A stretch of 63,187 nt of DNA, the filler included, from Salisapilia sapeloensis CBS 127946 (Eukaryota > Protista > Oomycota): the NCBI GenBank assembly GCA_023334545.1. It is 17 parts of 17 records of this genome, joined end to end, with 100 filler letters (N's around TTAATTAATTAA, not from the genome) between each part and the next. Parts side by side here need not be neighbours in the genome. Positions count along the whole stretch, not along the records: positions 20,290 to 31,969 come from JAADVB010000427.1; positions 32,070 to 33,238 come from JAADVB010001273.1; positions 33,339 to 34,737 come from JAADVB010001165.1; 14 more parts are not named here. One strand, given 5' to 3'. Under the pieces are notes generated by a model. It had not been told where the DNA came from. It saw only the letters and a program-made list of their open reading frames with translations, and did no database searches. Positions 21,808-33,567 of the stretch are shown here, piece after piece. How positions within the stretch are numbered: the stretch's first letter is position 1; the number at the start of each line of letters is the position of its first letter. The position numbers and the translations under genes are program-made.

Positions 21808-24800
21808 ATGAGCGATTTTGACGCGGACAGACGATGGGTACTTCAGTTCGCAGCCTACCTTTCCAGGTAATCTCCTTCTTATCCTCCAAGTTTCCATCTA
21901 TGTTCATCGTATGTGCTAGTGGTTTATCTCTTGCAGGAATCGGCTACGTACTAGTGCATTACGCTTGGCAAGGTTGTATGCGATGGCGAGCAAAGGAACG
22001 CCAGACAAAAGTAGATTTCAATGGAAAGCTCGTCCTCATTCTTTCCATCATCGACCTCATCGCCATCGCCAGTCGGTTTTTTGGACAAAACTTTATCCAA
22101 CATCCAGTCGCTTGCAATATACAGGCAGCACTCTTGGATGGGACGGGGCTCGCGAGCTGCTTGTGGATAAGCTGCATGGCGTTTAACTTGTATGCGTGGA
22201 TCGTGACTGGCGACAGTATCACGAAGCGAGAAGCTCGATTCTCGAAATTCGTACTCATCACTTTTGTGCCCAGCATTGCTTTCGTTGTCTACCATATCGC
22301 TACAGGAATGTACGGAGATGCGACGTTCTTCTGCTGGATTGCAGACACACCTCATATGTTTTATCAGTACTACTCGATCTATCTCGCCCTCGTTCTGTAC
22401 AATCTAGGACTCCTGCTGCTCGTCCGTATCAATATGCAAGCTCGTCGAGCATGGTACGTTCCTAATAGGCACTTGGATACGACAAGCACGTGATGCTAAC
22501 TCGTATACAGGTTCAATACAGTAGAAGCAGATACATCGTCTATGCTCATTCGTCGGAAGATTTTGATGTACGCCATCGTCTTCATCCTCCACCGTGCCCC
22601 AATGATGTTCTACCGAGGTACATGATGGTTTTACTCATCTTCTTTTTCTCTATCACTCAACCACATGCATAGTCGTGGAGCTATATCATTCGAAAAACTT
22701 TGAATTTGCAATCTTGGCGCAAGTGATCTTAAATCTAGACGGCTTCTCCAACTCCATCGTGTACGGAGGTTTATGTCAAAAGGAGTTTTTTATTCATCAC
22801 CAAGCCTCTGCGTATGACTTACCTGGCAGTACTCACTGTCGAACTCGGTCCCTCCGACCTTGTACGGACTCGAACGTACCATCCGATGACCTTCGTGATG
22901 ACATAAGTTCGTCTGTAGATAGTGGCGAAGAGCGTGCTGCGAAAGCTCGAGGTCCTCATGAAGAAGATGCTGAAACCACAGGCAATCGTATTTCCTCCGT
23001 CCTTCCGTCTTCCATCCTTCGAGTCTCGGCAGCACTTCGATCATCCACACGTACCAAACACGATCGACCTGCCGCACATGCATGTTCATCAACATCCTCT
23101 CGAGATTCCAACCGGTACACCCATCATCTTCGAAGCAGAGGTGGACCACCTTCCTCTTGTTCCGACGAAAGTCAGGAACCAAAGCTTTCTATCTTCACAT
23201 CTACCTTTAATATGGGCGAAGCGAAAATCACAGACAAGGAACTGTCCATGTGGATACCGACAGGATATGAAATCTATGTTATCGGTGTCCAGGAATGCAT
23301 GGATTTGGCGGACTTGCAGAATAAAGTGCTCCAGCATCTTGTAGTTGAGTCTGGAGACAAGTATGTGTATTACTCTCGTGAAATTGGAAAGAGGGCGACG
23401 GCGTTAGGGTATCATGGGTACATTGCGCTGAGTGTCTTTGTGAAAGAAGAGTCTGTCGCCCAAAATACGTTCCAAATGTCCCAACGGCAGTATGCGAATA
23501 AGCAGTCGCAGGAAGTGTTTCGAGGCAAGTCTCTATTAGTCTTCGGACGAGCGTCTAATAAAGGTGCAGTGGGAATGTCCTTTCGATACAAAGACACATC
23601 CTTTGCCTTTGTCACGTGCCACTTGGCGTCGGATTCAACGACTTCGAAAAAGATATCATCCAAGTCTGGAAGTAAATTTTCTGGCATGAGCAACCTACAA
23701 GCTCCTGCGTCCATGGTAGAACGTCGGAATCTTGACGCGATGGAGATCCTGCAGCAACTGTACTTGGATGAAGAGGACTATGGCTTTGGATTCTCCCAAC
23801 TGCATCACCACAGTTTTATCTTGGGGGACTTTAACTACCGCATGACAAGGCAAGGCGCAACGCCTGCAGAGATGGTAACTCTGCTAGAACAAGTAGGTGG
23901 AGCGGTATCAGCGAAAGGGCTTCCAACCCCGATGAAAACAAAAGTGAATGCATCGACTAACAAGCAGGACAAGTCTGATTTTCATGAATGCTGTACACCT
24001 CGGTGTGGAGAAACTGGAGATGCGAATGAAGAGACTTCACGTGGTTCGAATAAGATCACTTTTTCGTCACTAGTGCAGCATCATGACGAGCTGACGCACA
24101 TATTAAGTGAAAAGCAGCTCTTTCATGGCTTTCAAGAAGCGCCCATCGGATTCTATCCTACCTTTCGACGCATACGAAGGCAGTCGTTGGTTCGCTTTGA
24201 CCACGAAACACTGAATCAGAACTACTCTCTAGTGGCCAACCACGGAGGCTTCCGAGTTCCGTCCTATACAGACCGTATTCTATATGCGTCTCTCGCTGGA
24301 GAGTCCAACCACATCCGTTGTGTCGCGTATGACTCGTGTGAAGCAGTTCAATCGTCCGACCATAAGCCTGTGATGGGTGTCTTTGAGATCACACTGCGTA
24401 ATGACCACGTGGGAGATGTGGAAAGTAGCGGCTCAGCATCACACGATATAACGATAAGAGGAAAGCAGTGTCGAGAGAACATCTATCGATCATTGACATC
24501 TACAGCCATTGCTTCCGGTCGAATGAAAGACGTACCAGGAGCATGCGAAATGAAGCTTCGAATGGACTACCGATACGTCCGATGGCATGCGCTTGATGAA
24601 GTGACTCCAACAACGCAGTTGGAACTAGGCTTTCTCTTTCCAATCCCCTGTGAAGATGTCTTTGCACAGCAAAGGAAACTGCATGAGATTGCTGAACAGC
24701 TCACGTGGGGCAACAGCTCTGTTGAGTTTGCCGAAACACAGACGCCTTCTTCCAACTTTCACTGCCTGAAATGGACAGACTTTGTCGTGGAAGGACTGCA

Positions 24801-25122
24801 GTACTTGACCGTCGCTCGAAGGAGTGGTCAAAAGCACGTCGCTGTCGTATTACGAGGACCATCATTGCCTCGGGGACTATCCCGAACGTCATCAGCAGCA
24901 ACGTCTGCGTCGTCCATGACAACGGTAGGATCGACCAAGTCCATGAGTGGCCATTCGTCGCACCGGACGATCGGGCACGGGACGTTTTGCGTGGAAGTGA
25001 ACGGCCGAAAGCAGGACGTTGCGATTCCATTGACACTTGGGGGTCAGCTCTTGGGTCAACTTCACGTCCGAGTGTCATTGCGTGTAGGAAGGCAGCATGG
25101 GGCATTGAACCAGGGACAGTAA
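21808..25122 (+). CDS. GPCR-INPP: 7TM receptor fused to an inositol polyphosphate 5-phosphatase
   Basis: Exons 21808-21866, 21920-22453, 22511-22617, 22673-25122 join in frame. Seven hydrophobic helices (CNIQAA...SCLWISCMAFNLY; FFCWI; LDGFSNSIVYG), then 5-phosphatase motifs IGVQE, FAFVTCHL, LGDFNYR, PSYTDRILY, SSDHKPV. Confidence 0.88.
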
Positions 25123-25252
25123 TCTGGCGAAAAGTGCCAGCTAGAAAAATATTCAAAATTGATTGTAGATAAAAATGTCAATCTATTTAGTGTACCACAA
25201 TTGAGGTTCTTTGTCGGTACGAGGTATTTAGTGCAAATATAGACTCGCCCGA

Positions 25253-26340
25253 ATGGGTCATACAGGCAGCGTCCACCGGCGCAGCAGTGCTACCGATACG
25301 CTTTATGGAGATCCTGTTGGCGGTGCAAATGGCGGGTATACGCCTGCTCAGATGCAAGCTTTGTACTTGAATAGAGGTCGACCGGACATGGGCTTCATGT
25401 CGAATCAAAATATGCTACCGCGCGAGCTACCAGAGATGCAGCGCACGCGTACTGTTCAGAATCATGTGAATCTAAAGAAACCCACGCTGAAAATACATGA
25501 GCAGCGACCTGGATCCATGTATGTTCACGTTTCTATGCAGTCGTTAACATTGCTGATGTTTAAACGTCCGCAGGGAGTACGACCTTGCGTTTGAATTTGA
25601 CGCGACGAAAGCATGCAACATTCAAGTCGTAGTCGTAGCGAAGGAATCGGCAGATTCCTCGAACGGTGCACTGGTCTACACACCTGTGCATGGAGCACAG
25701 AGAACGTTGTCGTACGGGTTTCCGTCTGGCAAGAATCAGCATTTGCATCTTCAAGAAAAGTCCGACCGATTAGATCTGTCGGAGTATACCGAGGCAGAAC
25801 TCGAATACGACGATAAATCTTCCATCTATCCACTTGCAGTCCACCTACAAGTTCGTGAAGGTATTTTCTTCTTTCTCCTCTAACGCCACCGACCATCCTA
25901 ACTCATCTACTAGAGGACGGATCACCCCAATCACAGACTACTTTAGCGACATTTGTAAAGCAGCCGGATGGTACGCTCGGACTCAAGATACTGAAGCAAA
26001 AGATCCAGGTACATATCTTGAAGGGATGCTCTCATATAGCTTACCCATGCCTTTGCAGGTACAAGGACAAACGTATGAGTTACAGGAGATTTATGGCATG
26101 GAAGGTTCTGTGGCAGCAGCACCCAAGCAAGCAGACGGCATCGCCTCTACAGACGATCTAGATGACGGAGCGGAATGCATCATTTGCTTAAGCGAACCTC
26201 GAGATACGACCGTCTTGCCATGCAGACACATGTGTCTGTGCAGTGAATGCGCCGAGACGTTGCGTCGGAGCAACAGTACTTGCCCGATCTGCCGCACTCG
26301 CGTCGAGTCTTTATTACAGATCCAGGTCGAGGCCAAGTAG
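25253..26340 (+). CDS. RING E3 ubiquitin ligase, MGRN1/RNF157/LOG2 family
   Basis: Four exons. MG start (myristoylation-like); VQNHVNLKKPTLK; YDLAFEFDA; LKQKIQVQGQTYELQEIYG; C3HC4 RING ECIICLSEPRDTTVLPCRHMCLC..CA..LR....CPICR. Confidence 0.88.
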
Positions 26341-26670
26341 TACGATCCACTTTACGTATACATGGAAATCCACAACTTTGTTATCATGTCCAAGACTTTG
26401 CATCTACCTCATCTGTCCTTGCCTCCACTCGTACCTGTCCTTCCTGCCAAGACAAACAAGACCAGAGTACAAGCACACATTTCTTTCAGGTTAATCCTCG
26501 TTGCCAACTTCGAAAGCCATGCGTGGTTCCGACGCCACGCTTCCGCCAAGGTCCTTAGGACTTTCGCCACAAGTTCTTCATCTACGAGAGGCACGACCGT
26601 TAGACCAAGGAAACCAAAAGCAAAGCCAAGGAGCAAATGTGTTCATCGTCCTATCCACATGCATCCAACC

Positions 26671-28407
26671 TCAAAAGAAATCTGCGCCTACCTTATTGGA
26701 AATCTGCTCTGTCGTGCCGTACCGAGCGTTGCCGCTACCAGTCTCTTGGGGAGGGAGCTGCCCACCGCTGTTTGCATTGCCGTTGCTGCCATCACTAGAC
26801 AAAGACTTTTCGTTCTCGTAATGGTACGACGGAAGGCGGGAGAAAGACTGCTGCTCCGTTGGAGATGCCGCCTCCTCTTTGCTGTGGACACCGCTGTTAA
26901 ACGGCTGGTATTCGGCATACATCTTGGTGCCTTTCGGGGCAGAATCCGGACTCGCGGCGTAGGTTCCGTTCGCATGGTAGTTTTCAAACTGACGATTGTT
27001 ATCTGCACTTGAGTTGGAGCCGTCCGACGTAGTCGGCGATGGCATCTTGGCCGGACCGGACGCCACCTTCCTAGTCTTCACGTCCAGTCTAGAGCATTCG
27101 CTCAGTCAATCATCTCTATCGTACGACCGAGACATACATACATACACTTGTTCGCGTTTCTTGACCTCGGCCTCTCTCCGCGCAACCTCTGCCTCGCGAT
27201 CCTTAACCTTGCGCTCACGAGCAGCAAGTGCAGCTTCTTGGCGACGGAGGTCTTCTTCAATCGCAAACAACTCTTTCATCTTCTGGTTGTAGTTCGTCGA
27301 CAACTGCTGGTCGTTAGACGACGGTGTGGACGCAGCGTAGTAGGCACGTAGACGTTGCTGCAGCTGCGGCACGCGCTCCAAGTCTTCGACACGAGGGCGT
27401 TTGCTCCGCTGGCGATGAAGCATCCATCGAATGCACTGGAAGAGCGGCTCTGAGTACTGCTGCGGGATGCGCGTAAACTTTCCAGCATTGATCTTCTTGG
27501 CGAGCGCCAACTGGTTTGTGGCGTCGAACGGAGGGCTGCAAGACATACGATTAGCGATATCCGATAGATCATTTACGATAGACAACGTACGCAAGGGTAG
27601 CCATTTCGTAGAGGAGACACCCAAGTGCCCAGATGTCTGACCGTTCGTCGTAGGTCATTTCGTTGACCATCTCCGGAGACATGTAGTACGGCGTACCGAC
27701 GTTAGTTTGCGCCAACCTCGACTCGGAACTGAGTTCTTTCGCGAGACCGAAGTCACCGAGCTTCGCGTTGTTATTGGCGTCGAGGAAAATGTTGCCAGGC
27801 TTTATGTCTCGATGGAGGATGGGACGAATGGTGTTGCCTTCGCGATGGCGATGGCATTCTTTCAGGGCGAGGTAGATATGCGTGAAGATGTGCCAGATGA
27901 AACCTTCTTCGATGAACGTTCCCTCTCGTTTCTTCCGCTTGATGAACTGGCTAAGGTCACCTCCTTCACAGTACTCCATGACAATATAGATTTTCGTGGC
28001 TTGCTTGTCAATGACTCGGTCGAGGTAGCGGACGATGTGTGGGTGGCGCAGTTCACGCAAAATGTTTACCTGACATATCACGTATAAGAAAAGGGAATAG
28101 CGAGTGGAGGATAGAGTCGTACCTCGCTGACGATGAGCTGCTTCTCCTTTTCACTCATGGCGCCATAGTTAACTTCCTTCCATACAAGAGACTAGATAAA
28201 ATAAATCAGTCCATGGAATCTTTTCGTACACTGCTACAAGCTCCCATTGGAGACCAAGTGGCCCATCCCACGTCCAGACCAAGGCTCTCTATTAGGAGAG
28301 AAAGTACAGATTGATAAGCGTACCTTGTTGTCGGACTTGCGGACGATCTGTGTGACAACTCCAAAGGAGCCTTTTCCAATGGTTCGAACTTGCTCGTACG
28401 CTTCCAT
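26671..28407 (-). CDS. NIMA-related kinase (NEK2-like) with coiled-coil tail
   Basis: Multi-exon. MEAYEQVRTIGKGSFG, LVWKEVNYGAMSEKEKQLIVSE/VNILRELRHPHIVRY, ILHRDIKPGN, LGDFGLA, VGTPYYMSPE. The true 3' end may lie beyond 26671 via another intron. Confidence 0.87.
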
Positions 28408-28855
28408 CGTCTGTCTTGTTTCGCTATTTCTATCCGTAGCAATGGAGTTCGGTGGGAAAAGTGCGCGCTTGCTGGATGCGCGGCAAGACGAGGTTTGACT
28501 CGGCTGCGCGTGACTCGCGATTTCTTGGACTGAAGGCCTGCCTCTCCCCTGAATTCCCCTTCGACTTGCGCTTTGTATAGGAGCAAGTGGGCAGAATTCC
28601 ATGCATCACGATTGGTCGAAAATGCAACACCGTCCAGATGGTGCCGATGATGGCTGTCCCCGATCGGAGCGGAGACAGACGCTCCTCGTCCTCCTTTCGC
28701 TTGCCACCGATGCTAGTGGCTGAAAGGGTTCAAGAATATGGTCAGACCGGAGACACGTACAACTTGTTGAAAAAATCAGGGAGAGTAATGCCCAACCTAG
28801 CTACAGGATCGATCCGAGGTTGCTCCGATCAAGGTGGAGCGACTTCCATCTGACT

Positions 28856-30737
28856 TCAATACTCGTGCTCCAGCAGAATTTGTTTGTCGGTATCGAGGTC
28901 ATCTAGTGACACAGTCGGAGCTACTTGGCGCTGAGTACGATTCAGCACCCATCCGTTTCGCCAGTCCACTACGTTCAAAGCGACGCCGACGAGACTACCG
29001 AGTACGCCTAACGTCACGAACAGCATCTCGACGTTCGGAATGTATCGATCATCTGCATTATACTCGGCTGCGACGGCCAGCGGGAAGAGTGCCAGCCCGA
29101 TATTCTAATTCGAAACGAGTGAGACGACGCACATGCACATGAATACGACATCAAGTCAACCTGGATGGCGGTAATCGCGCCGTATGCACTGCCCACATGC
29201 TTCGGTTCGACCACATCTATCCACACTTGATCAGATCCGCGGTACAAGACACCTTATACGCTATTTAATACATGGAACAGAAGGCCACAACGCTGCTGCA
29301 AAGACACTGTAGGCAAGTCCCTGGAGGACGAGGGGACCGTACAGATTGACTTGGCTCAGACCAAGCAGCGCGTGCACCGTCGTAAGTGCCAACGGAGCTA
29401 ATAACGCCAAGAACGCTCGCAATCCGACACGATCAACAACGAATCCTAGGAAAGGAGAGATGAAGGCAGACATGAGGTACGGGACGCTCATCGGCGTCGC
29501 TGCTCGTTTCGTAGCTTCTGCTTTCATACGGCAGTAGGTCGACGTAAGCGGACCGTCTTTCCAATTCACATCGTCGCAGTTGATCTGACTGTCACTTATG
29601 TACGGCGGGTCTTTCGAGCATTGCCACTGGTCGTCCGGATGTGAGATCGTACAGTTCTTCGACAGCTTGGGTAAAGGCCAGGCGGATGGAGGTACAGGAG
29701 GACACGTCGGTGCGATTTGAGGACACTCGATCTGTCCTTCGTATGCACCGACACCACAACGAACGCATGCAGCAGGAGGTTCTTTGAAAAAGTCACGCTC
29801 GAGCAAGAGGCTGCTCGCGACGTTGTTGAACGGAATGACACAGCCGTAGACGACGAGACAGCTCAAGGTTAGCAGCCAGAACGTCGGACGGAAGTGGCGG
29901 ATGTCTCCTATACGCACGACCTCCGCAGGTACGTTCGACGACGATTCTGAAGCTGAGGATCGACTTGCACGACGGTCGATGGGGATGACGAGGAGGACGC
30001 AGACGGTCGACATGACACACATCAGAGCACCAAGCCATAGTGCGGCTGAGACGTTGAAAGCTGCAGCGACTGTCGGACTGACAATGTTATTGATGACACT
30101 ACCGAGGCGAGCGACACTGAGGTTGATACCGAGTGCCAAGGCTGTACGTTTCTTCAAGTTAGCAATTTAAATGCAAAATGCCTAGATACTTGTCTTACCT
30201 AGCTCACTGCTTTTAAACCATGATGCAACGAGCGTCCCTTGCGCGACTCCAAGATTTTCGGCAGCCGAGCCAAAGAGTAGTCTTCCCGCCTGCTCCCAAC
30301 TTGCTTAATCTTTTTATACTGTACAAGTGATGTGTATGAACGTACGAGCATGATGTGGAGACTTGAGACGGAAGATCCGAATGCAAATACGAGTTGGCCG
30401 GCGAGGATGATGCATGAAAAGACCAAGAGCATGGTCCGTGCGCCATAGCGATCGACCAGGATACCACCGAAGAATGGGAGGATGATGTTCGGTACAGAGT
30501 ACAATGTATACAGCAAGTTCTACCGGATCATACAAGATTAAGAGGGCGTATCAGGTCAAATGCTATCGGGAGACGTACGAATAGAAACTCAAATTGTTTC
30601 TTGGAGTAGGAGCTAAAATGCTGTTGCAATTGGCTCTTTAGAGCCGACGGATTATCGAAGCAGTAGTAGTTTCCGATCATGAGGAGGCAGGAGAGCACCA
30701 GGACTAGCCATCGCACAGGTAGCTTACTCTTCTCCAT
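28856..30737 (-). CDS. Major facilitator superfamily transporter, MFSD1-like
   Basis: Multi-exon. RWLVLVLSCLLMIGNYYCFDNPSAL, YTLYSVPNIILPFFGGILVDRYG, ALALGINLSVARLGSV, FAAALWPSV, GSAYG, NIGLALFP. Ends EHEY-TGA at 28856. Confidence 0.85.
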
Positions 30738-31203
30738 CTCCTTGTTCTTCTTGAAAGATCGGATGATGGACTTGATCCGATACTGTACCAGTTGATTTGA
30801 ACTTCAACAATGGCACTCGGCTTTTCGTCGTATTGCGCGCCAACTTTCCAGTTGACATGCAAGCGTTCACCTCTTGGATGACGCGCAAGTGTATACGAGA
30901 AGATTAACCCGTTAATACACTTTCCTCCTTTCTGCCTGCTGACAGTAGCCAACCATCACTACTCTGAGTTCGCAGCCAACATAGGAAGCTTCATTGGCAT
31001 GTAAGTACTCGTAGTTAATGGATACTTTAACTGTACGTCTGCTGACTTGATGCGCAAAGCCTTGCTCGGACATCCTGGCTTGCATTGCTGTTGAATACCA
31101 GCCAGGTGTTCGTCGTGCGTATTACGTTTCACAGGTACAATAATAATACCGCATTCTTATTCCTAGCAGCCTTCCTCGCCTACGACTACGCTTCACGAAC
31201 GGC

Positions 31204-31621
31204 ATGGACAGTCGCAATGGGCCTACGGTCATCTCTGCACCTAGAAAGCCTTGTCTGAAGCGTATTAGTGCGTACCAAGGAGGCATGATATTCGCCGACC
31301 CAGACATAGGTCCGTCAATCGTGGTTATCACCAACAAGTACAAGAAGAAGAAGCTGACGTTTGCCGACGACCACGGCCGAGATCTCGTATGTAGCTCCTG
31401 TCTATCTACCTATCGCTTCTCTAATCGTCCATCACCAGGTTTCAGCGCGATATTTTGATCGAGACTCGTGCACCAAGTGCTGCAGTATGTACCCGGACGT
31501 TGCCATGGCAGCCGAAGAGCTGTGGATGTTCGAGGACGAGGTCCATATCCTACAAACCTTATCTATCTGCATCGTATCAGGCTCACTCCTCGGTTGTCTT
31601 CTCGCCAAAGCTCGACCGTAG
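31204..31621 (+). CDS. Small putative PP1-targeting protein (RVxF-type motif)
   Basis: Exon 1 (31204-31386) spliced to 31439 gives PRKPCLK...KKKKLTFADDHGRDL/VSARYF. The 3' end is unresolved (31621, or 31772 with a further intron). Confidence 0.5.
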
Positions 31622-31672
31622 CGCAAGAGCGAGTATTTATAACCAAATTCAATGCACGCGTGTCAAATCTGT

Positions 31673-31969
31673 TTATCGTCTCTTACTCGGGCTCTTTCTC
31701 TTGCCTTTCGGCGTCCCTTTGGCGGATCCTACGCTACGACGTCGAGTGGAAGTATCACTTGCTTCCACATGATAACTTTCTAAATCTACTTGTTGCTGCA
31801 AAATACTTCTCAGCACCAGTTCGGGTGAGTAGAGGCGGTTCTTGTCGACTTTGGCCACTGCCTTTTGCGCAGTGACGGTAGCCAGAGCTGCTTCCGTCGT
31901 GATGACAATATCCCCTTCTTTCGCAGACCCTTTAGTCTCTGCCTCACCTCCAGCACACTCCACAATACG
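31673..31969 (-). CDS. Possible 3' fragment of an unknown protein with a basic C-terminus
   Basis: Reading frame open from the contig end to a stop at 31673, ending GTPKGKRKSPSKRR (NLS-like). No recognisable domain. Confidence 0.35.
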   Translation of the reverse strand, partial: RIVECAGGEAETKGSAKEGDIVITTEAALATVTAQKAVAKVDKNRLYSPELVLRSILQQQVDLESYHVEASDTSTRRRSVGSAKGTPKGKRKSPSKRR

Positions 31970-32069
31970 NNNNNNNNNNNNNNNNNNNNNNNNNNNNNNN
32001 NNNNNNNNNNNNNTTAATTAATTAANNNNNNNNNNNNNNNNNNNNNNNNNNNNNNNNNNNNNNNNNNNN

Positions 32070-33232
32070 GATACTTGGTGGCAAACAACCTTGGGCATTG
32101 AGAGCTCACTACGCACAATTGGTGGGTGGAACGAGGTGCTTTCATCGCTGCTGTAAGCTTTCAGGTAAGTGCACGTCTTCCAAGTTTCGTCATGGAGGGA
32201 AGAAGCCTCAAATAGTCGATTATACTTGCACAGTACTTGAATAGTGTGCTCGCAAGGGCTTCTATGATCGACGTCAAAGTTGCACGAGCAATGCGCTTCG
32301 TTTTCTGATATCAAGAGCGAAAACTCAACTGGTATCGCATCGGTAGACGTGGGAACCCGAACAACGAATGTATTGTGCGAATAACCCGCGATCATACTCG
32401 AACTGGTTTTATCCACAATCTTTTGCACACGCGAAGACGCCTTTCGCGTAAGCTCCTTCCACCCGGAAGCTTTGAGGCCACTCTCTGCCCACTTGGATCC
32501 AATGTACCGTTCAAGCGTCATGAGACAATCAAGAACAGGTAGCTTGCGGATGCCACGTAAAGCACTATTAACCGCCTCTACGTTGTTGGAAGTGATGATT
32601 CCATACCTAGCACAAGGACTGTAGCAGATGGACCACTTCTTTTTACCGGCAGTCATAAGCCAGTCATAGGCCTTCAAGCTCTTTGCTTCTAGTTTACTGG
32701 CATGATGGTTGAAGTCCTCGTGCGTTCGTGCTCTTGCTAGTAACCAAGATTTGTTTTTCTTACTCCTTGGACTTGAATACCCTGTTAAAGTTTTCCATGA
32801 GATGTCAAAAGCAATAAAAGTGAAATAAGCTCGATGAAATTTTTCCAGCGCAGGTATGATTCCTTTATCTCTATCAAAGATAACGAATGCTGGTAAAATG
32901 TTCATCTTGCTAAACAAGAAGCGAAGAAAGAACGCCCAGTTATCCTTGTTCTCAATTGGAACAAGAGCTATGCCAACTATTTGGATTTCGCCATTACCAT
33001 TTCGAAAGCACGCCACTAACAACGTTCCTCCAATGGCCGTTTTCATGAATTTTCCGTCAATGCTAAGTCCACGGACAGCATAAGGCTCAAAAGCCACTAG
33101 ACCTTCTTGATAAACGACGCAAAGTCGTTCAAACTTTCCATCCTTCGTATCAATAGTAGCGCTATGTCCATGAACTTGGAGTAGCTCCACGTACTTCGGC
33201 AAGCAAGCATACTGCGATTCAGTATCCTTCAT
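32070..33232 (-). mobile_element. Mutator-like (MULE) transposase with SWIM finger, degenerate
   Basis: GLSIDGKFMK, IVGIALVPIENKDNWAFFL, DRDKGI, SNNVEAVNS, SWIM CSC...PCEH. The conserved CxxH segment lies in another frame with a TGA at 32805-32807. Confidence 0.85.
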
Positions 33233-33567
33233 AAAATANNNNNNNNNNNNNNNNNNNNNNNNNNNNNNNNNNNNNNNNNNNNTTAATTAATTAANNNNNN
33301 NNNNNNNNNNNNNNNNNNNNNNNNNNNNNNNNNNNNNNATATATCACTGGGATAATCTATGGTCCTCACCAGTGACTCCAAGTTTGTATGCCACAAAATT
33401 CTACTTGGAAAATATATGGGGCGATACTTTCACTTGATTTTCCTATGGCCACTTTATATACAAAAACCAAGTCAAAAAGGCACCTCTCGGCCACTTTAGA
33501 CCTATGTGCAGATTTGACTGGACTTTACTATGGTGAGGTGTCGTGTTTAAGTTCCCTAAACCAAACC

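Noticed and set aside
20290-31969. Apparent phosphoinositide cluster (PI4K next to GPCR-INPP) as a functional unit
   Set aside because: Only two genes, separated by about 740 nt with independent promoters; adjacency alone in a compact eukaryotic genome is weak evidence without synteny data.
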